In this document: positions 9,400-17,847 of the stretch, piece after piece
Numbering within the stretch: position 1 is the first letter of the stretch
Layout: every line of letters begins with the position of its first letter
Assembly: GCA_965213675.1 (NCBI GenBank)
Contig: OZ243916.1
Location: forward strand, 1,216,001 to 1,280,000
Length of the DNA stretch: 64,000 nucleotides
Source of the DNA: an uncultured Candidatus Binatia bacterium
GTDB taxonomy: Bacteria; Desulfobacterota; Binatia; UBA9968; JAJDTQ01
Direction of reading: 5' to 3'
Program-made: the position numbers and the translations under genes
The notes under the pieces: generated by a model
Databases searched by the model: none
Seen by the model: the letters and a program-made list of their open reading frames with translations, nothing else
Told to the model about the DNA's origin: nothing

Positions 9400-10026
9400 A
9401 TGGCGCCAGAACGCGCGGTCCTCTTCATCGACGGAAGCAACTTTTACCATGCCGCCAAGAACATCGGAATCGCCACGGGAGAACTCGACTATCAGAAATT
9501 GGCCGAAAAACTCGTTATGAATCGGCAACTGGCCGGTATCCGATACTATGTCGGACAGGTTTCCGGCAATCTCTCCCGACGCTCGTCTCAAGAAAAGTTT
9601 CTGAGCAGGATCCAGCGCCAAGGCGTAGAGGTTTTCAAGGGCCGAATCGAGCGCAGGATAGTCCCCCCGAACGACAATCCATTGATTGGGAGGCTAAAGG
9701 ACGTAGTCGCGACCCATAAGTCCGATCTCCGTGGGCCAATTCTCGTCGAACTTGAAGCCTTGTGCAAAATGTCCGTCCCTCAGTACACCGAGAAGCGGGT
9801 CGATGTTTCAATCGCCGTGGACATGGTTACAATGGCGCACGGCGGACAATACGATATAGCGTATCTTCTCTCGGCAGATGGGGATTTCGTACCGGCAGTC
9901 GAAACCGTCAAGAAATCGGACAAAAGGGTATTCGCGGCTTCTCCGGCCTCCGGGTACGAGCTTGGAAGAGCCGTCGATAACTTCATTCCACTCAGACGGG
10001 ACTGGTTTTTTGGCTTGTCCGTATAA
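9400..10026 (+). CDS. NYN-domain (LabA/DUF88, PIN-like) ribonuclease
   Basis: FIDGSNFY, EKRVDVSIAVDM and LSADGDFVP acidic catalytic motifs. Confidence 0.9.
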   Translation: MAPERAVLFIDGSNFYHAAKNIGIATGELDYQKLAEKLVMNRQLAGIRYYVGQVSGNLSRRSSQEKFLSRIQRQGVEVFKGRIERRIVPPNDNPLIGRLKDVVATHKSDLRGPILVELEALCKMSVPQYTEKRVDVSIAVDMVTMAHGGQYDIAYLLSADGDFVPAVETVKKSDKRVFAASPASGYELGRAVDNFIPLRRDWFFGLSV

Positions 10027-10318
10027 GCGCCCGCAACCACCGCACCACCGGCCGTTGCGATCAACTGTGGATTGTCCGGGGAACTGAAACAGGCGCCCTG
10101 GGGTACGCATAGCCCAGCAAAGGGTGCCTAGAGGTCGCGCATACAAGCTTCCCGTTGCCTCTACTTGCCGTGCGTTTGACCGGCGTGCCGATCTACTGGC
10201 TCAACGGGCGTCGCGCTCGTAGGCGCCGGCCGCAGAGATGCCGGCGCCGTTCCCTCGCCCTGCCCGCGTGTAGATCACACCGCCACAGCCTTCGCAGACG
10301 ACGCGGCAGAGGTTCCGT

Positions 10319-11239
10319 TCAATCGACGCCCCAGTCAAGCATCTTCTCGTGGCGCCAGGATGACGTTCTGCCATCCGGATACATCGTTGGAATTTCGGCC
10401 TGGTATCTTGATTTTCGGCCTGTCGGATCTTCTTCGGCAAAGACCGCGACCACGCGGGCTTCGACAGAACGCCGCCTTGGCGCATCCTCCCGTGTCGTTG
10501 GATCGTTGAAGGCGGTGTGAAAGGTGACCCGGGAGGCCAGATCCTTGATGCGGGAATCGTATTGCCTGAAGATCATCGCCTCGTTCGGCTCCATTCGTGG
10601 AAAGTAATGCCAGCTCTGGGCCATGTCATGAACAAGGCGGTACAATACCACGCGGGTGCCCGGCTCGGTCAGACGCCATCCCTCGGAACTGACCATGTCA
10701 TCGGCCGAGATGGTCGTATGGTCGCACAAGGCAAGGGGTTTTGACTCGATTGCCTGCAGGGGGTCTATGCTGCGCCAGACAGTGTAGACGCCGAAGTGGT
10801 GGCCATCAGGTATGTCGAGCACATCCTCGACATAGGGAGTCAGATCCGCGTGGGGCGTCTCCGCATAGGTTCCGGCGCCGTTGGGCGAAATTGGCACACC
10901 GGTGCGAAACTCGTGCTGCATGGTCCGTGCACAAAGGCATCCGGTTGCCGCCATGACCAGTTCCGCGCACTGGTCGTAGAATCGGGAAACGACATCGTCA
11001 TGATTGCCGTAATCCATATCAATCGGCGCATGTACCAGCTCGAACCCCATGCGCCCGATGGTGGCGGCCGGTTCGAGGGCACGCGCATCGTGAACGCGGA
11101 TCGGCTTGACAACGAGCATTTCCGAATGATCGGCCCCATCACCGTGGCATGGCAGCCGGAACCCCCGGTATCTCGGATTCACGAAGGCACTTTCCGAAAC
11201 AACAAACGGCGTATCGGGAAACAATGGCAGAGTTCTCAT
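10319..11239 (-). CDS. CmcJ/NvfI-family Fe/2OG-type oxidoreductase
   Basis: IHDAR-like motif, GFELV, HAD (HxD), VWRSI..PLALCD, WHYFPRM, FHTAF, RRSVEAR; paralog of 37286..38119. Confidence 0.8.
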   Translation of the reverse strand: MRTLPLFPDTPFVVSESAFVNPRYRGFRLPCHGDGADHSEMLVVKPIRVHDARALEPAATIGRMGFELVHAPIDMDYGNHDDVVSRFYDQCAELVMAATGCLCARTMQHEFRTGVPISPNGAGTYAETPHADLTPYVEDVLDIPDGHHFGVYTVWRSIDPLQAIESKPLALCDHTTISADDMVSSEGWRLTEPGTRVVLYRLVHDMAQSWHYFPRMEPNEAMIFRQYDSRIKDLASRVTFHTAFNDPTTREDAPRRRSVEARVVAVFAEEDPTGRKSRYQAEIPTMYPDGRTSSWRHEKMLDWGVD

Positions 11240-11252
11240 GGCGCTGACCCTG

Positions 11253-11330
11253 TCAAACTGTCTGGCGCAAGGCCAAGTCACGAAACTGGCCTTCTGCCGC
11301 CAGCAATTCGTCGTAGCTTCCGGTCTGCAC
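11253..11330 (-). pseudogene. C-terminal remnant of an ABC exporter ATPase
   Basis: VQTGSYDELLAAEGQFRDLALRQTV* matches the usual end of ABC exporter NBDs; the rest of the gene is absent. Confidence 0.6.
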
Positions 11331-11391
11331 AGATGTCAGATCCGGGCCAATGATGCCACGGTGCAATCCGGCGGCAAATCCCGCTGCCACA

Positions 11392-12906
11392 TCATGACGT
11401 CGGCAGGTCCTGGAATTCGGGCGGTTGTGCCTTGCAGTAATCGTCAATGAATTGCTGGTGGTCCGGAAACTCGTTCACCTGCTTGTCGACATTTTCGTGG
11501 ATGTCGGCCAGGTATTGCCCCAGTTCCTCGTCGCTCATCGCATTGGCAATCGGGTGATACTGTTCCGGAATCAGACCCTGACCCAGCATGACCTGTGCCC
11601 ATGACGTGGTGCCGAATAGTTCCGCCTGGTTCCACGCTATCCGGCCCGTTTGACGAAACAACTTGATCCGGTGTTCGAGGGAGTCGGGAATGTTCATGGT
11701 CCGGCACTGCCGCCAGAACAGCGTATCCGAGCGGTTGGTCACATGGTAGTGCAGGATGATGAAATCCCGGATATTGTCGATTTCAAGCTGCATGTGGGAA
11801 TTGAACTCTGCGATCCCGGCTTCGCGAATTCCGTTATCGGGGAACATCTGGACCAAGCGGGTGATGCCACGCTGAATGAGGTGGATGCTGGTCGATTCGA
11901 GCGGTTCGATGAAACCGGATGCCAGTCCCACGGCAACGCAGTTCTTGTGCCAGTACCTGTGCCTCTGGCCGGCTCTGAAACGGATCAGCCGCGGCTCTCC
12001 AAGCACCCGACCCTGCACATTGTCGAGCAGCCGCGCCCTTGCCTCGTCGTCGGACCAGTGCCGGGAGGAGAACACCATGCCGTTCCCGACCCGGTGCTGC
12101 AGCGGAATGCGCCATTGCCACCCCGCTTCATGGGCTATCGAGCGGGTATATGGTTGCGCGGCTCCCGACGATTCGGTTGGCACCGCGATTGCGCGGTCAC
12201 AGGGCAACCAGTCGCCATAATCATCGAAGCCGACGTCGAGGGTTTGCCCGATCAGGAGCCCGCGAAAGCCAGTGCAGTCGATGAACAGGTCCCCGGTGAC
12301 GAGTTGCCCGGATTGCAGGCGCAGACCGGTTATGAATCCACTGGCCGGATCCTGTTCCACCTGCTCAATGCGTCCTTCATGCCGGACAACGCCAAGCTCC
12401 TCGGCAATACCTCGCAGGAATTGTCCGTACAGTCCGGCATCAATATGATAGGCGTAGTTCAGAACGTTGTGCAGGCTGATTGCAAACCGGTTGCGCAGCG
12501 ACGCCGTTGTTTCCGGACAATAGTCGCCATAATCCCGGGCCAAGCCCAGCAAATGGCCCCTCAGCCAGTAATGCTGAAAGCCGGCGGTCCAGCGCTCCCT
12601 GCCGACCCACCCGAAGGAATGGAAATAGTCTTCGCCCAGGTCCCGCCAGTTCTCGAACGAAATTCCAAGCTTGAAGGTGCCCTGTACAGCCCGCAGGAAA
12701 TCAGTCTCCCTGACATCCATGTATTCGTGAAAAAGTCGCAGCGGTGGAATCGTTGCTTCACCCACGCCGACAGTACCGATCTCGTCGGATTCGACCAGGG
12801 CAATGTCCAGGGTTTCGCGGAGCTGCCGGGCAAACATTGCCGCAGCCATCCATCCGGCAGTCCCACCGCCGGCGATCACGAGTTTCCTGATTTTCCTATT
12901 GTGCAT
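11392..12906 (-). CDS. Flavin-dependent tryptophan halogenase family protein (possibly peptidyl-Trp halogenase)
   Basis: GGGTAG, VGVGEATIP, catalytic Lys in TFKLGI, WQWRIP (WxWxIP), FIEPLESTSI. Confidence 0.92.
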   Translation of the reverse strand: MHNRKIRKLVIAGGGTAGWMAAAMFARQLRETLDIALVESDEIGTVGVGEATIPPLRLFHEYMDVRETDFLRAVQGTFKLGISFENWRDLGEDYFHSFGWVGRERWTAGFQHYWLRGHLLGLARDYGDYCPETTASLRNRFAISLHNVLNYAYHIDAGLYGQFLRGIAEELGVVRHEGRIEQVEQDPASGFITGLRLQSGQLVTGDLFIDCTGFRGLLIGQTLDVGFDDYGDWLPCDRAIAVPTESSGAAQPYTRSIAHEAGWQWRIPLQHRVGNGMVFSSRHWSDDEARARLLDNVQGRVLGEPRLIRFRAGQRHRYWHKNCVAVGLASGFIEPLESTSIHLIQRGITRLVQMFPDNGIREAGIAEFNSHMQLEIDNIRDFIILHYHVTNRSDTLFWRQCRTMNIPDSLEHRIKLFRQTGRIAWNQAELFGTTSWAQVMLGQGLIPEQYHPIANAMSDEELGQYLADIHENVDKQVNEFPDHQQFIDDYCKAQPPEFQDLPTS

Positions 12907-13325
12907 AACCTGCCTCTGGACGGTCGAGTTGGCGCATTCGCGCCATTGCCGGACCTGGTACAGGGCGGTTCAGTGTGGACAAAATCTGCAGTCTGACATA
13001 CGAGGCATCGACCAGACCCGGAAGTCTGGGACCGGGCAGCATGGGAATGCCGACACATGTGATGCTCAAAATGTCGATTCCGATCTCGAGTTCGGCATCC
13101 GGAGCATGTCAATGCCGATTTCGGCTCTGACGACAAATCAGGGATGACCGGCGGCCCAACGGATCGCCGCAGCCTGACACAAAATTGGCGCGCACCCATG
13201 ACCGGCAGCGCTGGCGGATGGAAGTCCCGCTGGAAGAGACGGCAACTCACCCGAAAGGAATGGTGCAGACTCCAGGCCGGTCTGACCCGGTCGGCATGGA
13301 CAGAGTATCGCGTGCAATGCCCGGT

Positions 13326-13516
13326 TCAACTCAGTCGCGACAATTCGGGAATGGCACCGCTGTCTTCAAGGACATGGATGGCGATGCCGTCCCGAACCGA
13401 AAGCCCGGTTGCGTCCTTGATGGCTGCCTTCGGGTCATTCAGAGCCGGGTGCGGAATTCTCCGTCCTCGTCGGCCCTGGCAAGCGCCTGTGCCTAGATCT
13501 GTGACGGTGAGTTCAT
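13326..13516 (-). pseudogene. Degenerate second NHLP precursor
   Basis: MNSPSQI*AQALARADEDGEFRTRL, then a 1-bp deletion, then NDPKAAIKDATGLSV.DGI.IHVLED; near-copy of 13621..13881 including the 5' UTR. Confidence 0.85.
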
Positions 13517-13620
13517 GTCCGTTCGCCCTGTTCTCTGAACATTGGCACGACGGCATTGCTTGGCAGGAAGAATGCCTCCGGCAGAAAATCAGCAGATCAC
13601 TGCCGGAGACCCGACAATAC

Positions 13621-13881
13621 TCACCAAGTGTTGATGTCACCAATCCCGCCGGCAACGCCCCTGATTTCCTCATCCGACAGGTTGCGGCCCGCCGGTGGCA
13701 GGACGAGGTGATAGTCGGTGGCGTTGTCTTCAACGACATGAATATTGATGCCGTCCGGAACCGAAAGCCCGGTTGCCTCCTTGATGGCTGCCTTCGGGTC
13801 ATTCAGGAGCCGGGTGCGGAATTCTCCGTCCTCGTCAGCCCTGGCAAGTACCTGCGCCTCGACTTGTGATTGTGTGCTCAT
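13621..13881 (-). CDS. NHLP-leader (proteusin-type) RiPP precursor, predicted core IGDINTW
   Basis: ARADEDGEFRTRLLNDPKAAI...IHVVED...HLVLP...LSDEEIRGVAGG double-Gly cleavage motif, then a 7-aa core. Confidence 0.92.
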   Translation of the reverse strand: MSTQSQVEAQVLARADEDGEFRTRLLNDPKAAIKEATGLSVPDGINIHVVEDNATDYHLVLPPAGRNLSDEEIRGVAGGIGDINTW

Positions 13882-13954
13882 GTCTGTTCCCCCTATTCTC
13901 TGAACATCGCCATAGCGACGTTACGTCCTGCCGTTTTCCACGCCCATTGAACTT

Positions 13955-13983
13955 AATTTACTTTAAGTCATTGTTCGAGTCAA
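13955..13983 (-). promoter_or_regulatory. Sigma70 promoter for the NHLP locus
   Basis: TTGACT-N17-TAAATT; overlapped by the inverted repeat ACTTAA-N6-TTAAGT (13951-13968). Confidence 0.55.
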
Positions 13984-14113
13984 AGTCTTTCCAAAGACAA
14001 ATGAGTCTGAAGGAGGAGGTGGACTCCAAGGAGCGGTGAGCCTGAAGACTGGGGATGGGGCAAGATGGGAGTGCGCAAATACTTGGGCTACGGGGGAACT
14101 CCTCACGGGCCTT

Positions 14114-15430
14114 CTAATCCGCCGGCCCTTCCGGCCTCAACTCCCGCACCCCCTGGTTGGCGACCGCGGTGATCCCCACCACCGCGAGCATCGAGACTCC
14201 GCTCAGGATCACGGCGGACGGGGCGCCGGCGAGGCCGCCGAGGAACGCGCCCAGGTGGTCCCGGGACAGGCCGGCCACGGCGCCCATCTGCAGTTGCCCC
14301 AGCGGGAGGACGACGCTGTAGTTCATGCCCCAGATGGCCATGACCCGGCCGCGGTACTGGTCGGGCACGCGGGTCTGAACCGAGGTCTGGGTGCTCACCA
14401 TGAAGAAGGAGAGGCCGACGCCGGCCATCAACAGCATGCCCAATGCCAGCGGAAAGGCGCCGGAAAAACCGAACAGCGTGAGGAAGAAGGCATGGATTCC
14501 GGCGCCCAGAAGAATCAGCCATCCGCGCTTCGGGAAGTAACCGAGGTTGGCGGCCACCAGGGCGCCGAGCAGGGCGCCGATGCCGCTGACCACGTACAGG
14601 GTACCCAGGGTGGAGCCGTCGCCGCGGAACACGACGTCGGCGAAGACCGGCAGGAGCGCAGTGTGGGACGCCAGAAAGAAGATGTCCAGGTAGTTCAGTC
14701 CGATGAGGGAGCGGAAGAGCTTGCGGGTCCAGACGAACGAGAGCCCCCCCAGGAGAGTGCGGATGAAATTGCCGCCGCGGGTGCGTTCGATGAACGGCAC
14801 CCGTACAGGAAGGAGCAACAGGCCGAACGCCAGGTAGGTCGCCGCGGCTACGTAGTAGGCGGCGCCGGCGCCGGACAGGGGGGCGCCGGTGTAGTCCGCC
14901 ACGTAGTCGATGGTGAACCCCGCCAGCGCGGGTCCGAAGATGCGCGTCCCCGGCCAGATCATGGAATTGAGGCTCACCGCGTTCATCAGGTGGGAGCGAT
15001 CCAGGAGGTGCGGGAAGAGCGCCTGGCGGGCGGGATGGTCGAAGGCCTGTATGCCGCCGTGGATGGCGGCAACGGCGAACACGTGCCAGACCTGCACCAG
15101 TCCGGTGGTTACCAGCGTGGCCAGCACCAGCAGCAGGAGCGCGGTGACGTACTGGAGCAGCATGAGGAAGCGCCGGAGCTCCAGCTTGTCGGCGGCGGCG
15201 CCGCCGAAGAGCGTCAGGGCTATCGCCGGGGCGGCGGCCACCAGACCCAGGGCGCCCAGCACATACTCGGACCCCGTCAACTCCCAGGCCAGCCACCCGT
15301 GCGCGAGGATCAGCATCTGGTGGCCGGCCACCGCGGTGAGGTGCCCGAACCAGTAGAGCCGGAAGCTGCGGTACCGGAGGACGCGGAAGACGTGCAGCTT
15401 GTCGCCGATGCGTGTGAGGAGGTGGTTCAT
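14114..15430 (-). CDS. MFS transporter (DHA3/MFS_3-like)
   Basis: FRLYWFG, GGAAADKLELRRFL, FDHPARQAL, VPDQYRGRVM; about 12 hydrophobic segments. Confidence 0.9.
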   Translation of the reverse strand: MNHLLTRIGDKLHVFRVLRYRSFRLYWFGHLTAVAGHQMLILAHGWLAWELTGSEYVLGALGLVAAAPAIALTLFGGAAADKLELRRFLMLLQYVTALLLLVLATLVTTGLVQVWHVFAVAAIHGGIQAFDHPARQALFPHLLDRSHLMNAVSLNSMIWPGTRIFGPALAGFTIDYVADYTGAPLSGAGAAYYVAAATYLAFGLLLLPVRVPFIERTRGGNFIRTLLGGLSFVWTRKLFRSLIGLNYLDIFFLASHTALLPVFADVVFRGDGSTLGTLYVVSGIGALLGALVAANLGYFPKRGWLILLGAGIHAFFLTLFGFSGAFPLALGMLLMAGVGLSFFMVSTQTSVQTRVPDQYRGRVMAIWGMNYSVVLPLGQLQMGAVAGLSRDHLGAFLGGLAGAPSAVILSGVSMLAVVGITAVANQGVRELRPEGPAD

Positions 15431-15470
15431 GGGGACCAGTGAGCGGGTGCCGGGGACCCCTCTCCGGCCC

Positions 15471-15498
15471 CTGGATTCCCGCTTTCGCGGGAATGACG
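15471..15498. repeat. REP-like palindrome (single unit)
   Basis: CTGGATTCCCGCTTTCGCGGGAATGACG. Confidence 0.8.
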
Positions 15499-15559
15499 AA
15501 TTCAGGGCTGCGGCACGTAACTCACGGCATGGCGATGACGGCTACGCGGCGCTCACCTC

Positions 15560-15594
15560 AAAAAGAAGGCCCCTCATCTACATGAGGAGCCTTC
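15560..15594 (-). terminator. Intrinsic terminator after the substrate-binding protein gene
   Basis: GAAGGCTCCTCAT-GTAG-ATGAGGGGCCTTC then TTTTT on the minus strand. Confidence 0.65.
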
Positions 15595-15618
15595 CCGGAT
15601 TTCGGCCTTTGATGACAG

Positions 15619-16485
15619 CTACAGCTTGACCAGATCCGAGTAGCTGGCCTGGGAGTCGGGCTTGAGGCCGTACCCGGCCATCCAGTTACGGGCCCGGTCG
15701 AACTCCTCCTCGGTGTAGTCTTCCGGATAGACGTAGTCGAGCCGGTTGAGGTTCAGGTCCTCGAACTTGAAATCGCCGATCAGGTCCTCGGGGATGTCGC
15801 GCAACAGGAGCGCGGCGTGTTTCTTGAGGTCCGAGTTGATCTCGTCCACGGAACGGCGGAGTGCGCGGAAGATCGCCTCCCGGGTGTCCTCGGCGTCGTC
15901 GCTGTTGACGAACAGCAGCCCCCAGTACTTGGACTCGGCCAGCACGCGGCAACCGCGTTTCTCGGCCAGACTGATGAAGGGCTCCATGAGGGTCGCAGCC
16001 TCGACTTCGCCGTTGAGCAGCATGCGGGTGCGGATGGCGGGTCCGCCGTCGTGCCGAAGCCGCACCCGGTCCTTGTCGCAGTGGCCTTCGAGCATCTTGT
16101 AGGTCATGTAGTGGGAGCCGGTCTGATCCTGAATCGATAGGGGCACGTCGGCGAGGTCGTCGAGCCGGTGATAGTTGGAATCGCCCCTGACGACGATGGC
16201 CATGGTGGCCACGCTCTCGCGGCGTCCGAGGATCCAGCCGTCGCGCTCGCCGTCGGCGGCGCGCTTGATGACGCCCCATTCGCACTTGTTGTAGCCTTCG
16301 AGGTCGCCGCACTCGTAGTCCGAGGCGATGGGACGCTCGAACACGCCGGCGGGCTGGAGCTGCGAGTCGGGTGTCATCACCTCGGCGTCGATGCCTTCGG
16401 CGGCCATGAATCCCTTTTCCACGCCCACGTCCCAAGGCAGGGTCCACACGGTTCCTTCACTGGTAACTCTGATCTTGCGAGACAT
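15619..16485 (-). CDS. NMT1/SsuA-like ABC substrate-binding protein (no obvious signal peptide)
   Basis: VGVEKGFMAAEGIDAE, LDDLAD, MLLNGEVEAATLMEP; GGAGG SD before MSRKI. Confidence 0.75.
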   Translation of the reverse strand: MSRKIRVTSEGTVWTLPWDVGVEKGFMAAEGIDAEVMTPDSQLQPAGVFERPIASDYECGDLEGYNKCEWGVIKRAADGERDGWILGRRESVATMAIVVRGDSNYHRLDDLADVPLSIQDQTGSHYMTYKMLEGHCDKDRVRLRHDGGPAIRTRMLLNGEVEAATLMEPFISLAEKRGCRVLAESKYWGLLFVNSDDAEDTREAIFRALRRSVDEINSDLKKHAALLLRDIPEDLIGDFKFEDLNLNRLDYVYPEDYTEEEFDRARNWMAGYGLKPDSQASYSDLVKL

Positions 16486-16594
16486 AATGACCTGACCTCC
16501 GAGTGTACTTGATGATGTCAGGAGACTAGCATACCGGCTCCGATGATGGAACAATTCCAGGTCGAACCCACATCCCAGTCAAGGAGACTTCTGC

Positions 16595-17593
16595 ATGCAT
16601 ACCTGTGCCATCGACATTCACCACCACTACATGCCTCCGGGCCTGATCGAGGAGTTGAAGGCCCACGGCGACGCCGTGGGCACGGAAGTGGGTCGGACGC
16701 CGCAGGGGCTCCACACCGTCACCATCGGCGGCGGGCCGAGCTTCGTGGTGCCGCCGCCGCTCATGGACGTGGAAAAGCGGCTGGAGAATATGGACAAGGG
16801 CAGGATCGCCCTGGCGACGCTGGAGCCGCACACCGCATGTCTCGGCTACCGGCTGAACCCGGAGCAGGGAGAAACCTGGTGCAATCTCTACAACGAGGGC
16901 CTGATGGAGCTGAGGACGCGCCACCCGGACCGCTTCACCGCGCTGGCGGCGGTGCCGTTGCAGGACCCCGAGCGGGCCGCCCGGGTGCTGGAGCGCGGCA
17001 TCCTCGAGCATAAGCTGGCGGGGGCCTACATCGGCACCAACGTCAACGGCGAGTACTACCGGAGCCGCGAATTCGATGCCTTCTGGGGCAAGGCGCAGGA
17101 ACTGGACGCCCTCATCGTCATGCACCCTGAGGACATCGCCGGGCTCGAGCGCATGGGCGCCTACGGCCTGTTCCTGATCTGCGGCAACCCCGCTGATACC
17201 GCCCTGTCGTTGGGGTTCATGACCTACAGCGGCGTGTTCGACCGGTTTCCCGACCTGAAGCTCTGCACGCTGCACGGCGGCGGGTTCTTCCCGTACCACC
17301 TGGGACGTTTCGACCAGGGCTTTGGGGTGCGGCCCGGGGCGGCGGACGCCGAGGCCCTGGAAAAGCCCAGCGCGTACCTGAAGAATCTCTACTCCGACGC
17401 GCTGGTGTACCGGGTCGACACCCTGGAGTACCTCAAAAGCCTGCTTGGGTGGGAGCACCTGATGGTCGGCACCGACTACCCCTATCCGCTGGGGGACTGG
17501 AGCGCGGTGGAGAAGGTCGAGGCGCTGGACTGCCCGGAGGAGGAGAAGCTGGCGATCCTGGAGGGGAATGCGCGGAGGCTGCTGAAGCTGTAG
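16595..17593 (+). CDS. Amidohydrolase_2 family protein (ACMSD-like)
   Basis: IDIHHH, IVMHP, LHGGG, GTDYPY. Confidence 0.9.
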   Translation: MHTCAIDIHHHYMPPGLIEELKAHGDAVGTEVGRTPQGLHTVTIGGGPSFVVPPPLMDVEKRLENMDKGRIALATLEPHTACLGYRLNPEQGETWCNLYNEGLMELRTRHPDRFTALAAVPLQDPERAARVLERGILEHKLAGAYIGTNVNGEYYRSREFDAFWGKAQELDALIVMHPEDIAGLERMGAYGLFLICGNPADTALSLGFMTYSGVFDRFPDLKLCTLHGGGFFPYHLGRFDQGFGVRPGAADAEALEKPSAYLKNLYSDALVYRVDTLEYLKSLLGWEHLMVGTDYPYPLGDWSAVEKVEALDCPEEEKLAILEGNARRLLKL

Positions 17594-17646
17594 GAGTTCG
17601 GCGCCTTCGAAGCGGTGGCGCCTCGAATCCCGTCATTCCTGCGCTG

Positions 17647-17803
17647 CCTCCGTCATTGCCGCGAAAGCTTGCCCTCGACCCCGATCGGGGGCGGGAATCC
17701 AGGAGTGGCGAGGTGGGGAAACGCCGCTGGGCGCCGCTCCACCGCCCCTGGATTCCCGCCCCCGATCGGGGTCGAGGGCAAGCTTTCGCGGGAATGACGG
17801 AGG
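17647..17803. repeat. Composite REP-like inverted repeat between convergent genes
   Basis: About 56-bp arms CCTCCGTCATTGCCGCGAAAGCTTGCCCTCGACCCCGATCGGGGGCGGGAATCCAGG and its near-perfect reverse complement. Confidence 0.9.
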
Positions 17804-17847
17804 GTGGACCGAATGACGGTGACTAGGCGGGTTTGTCCAGGTCGTTC

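Noticed and set aside
12910-13325. Remnant of a YcaO/cyclodehydratase (LNRALHA..RPGQTG-like words)
   Set aside because: The resemblance is too weak to call by eye; it needs BLASTx.
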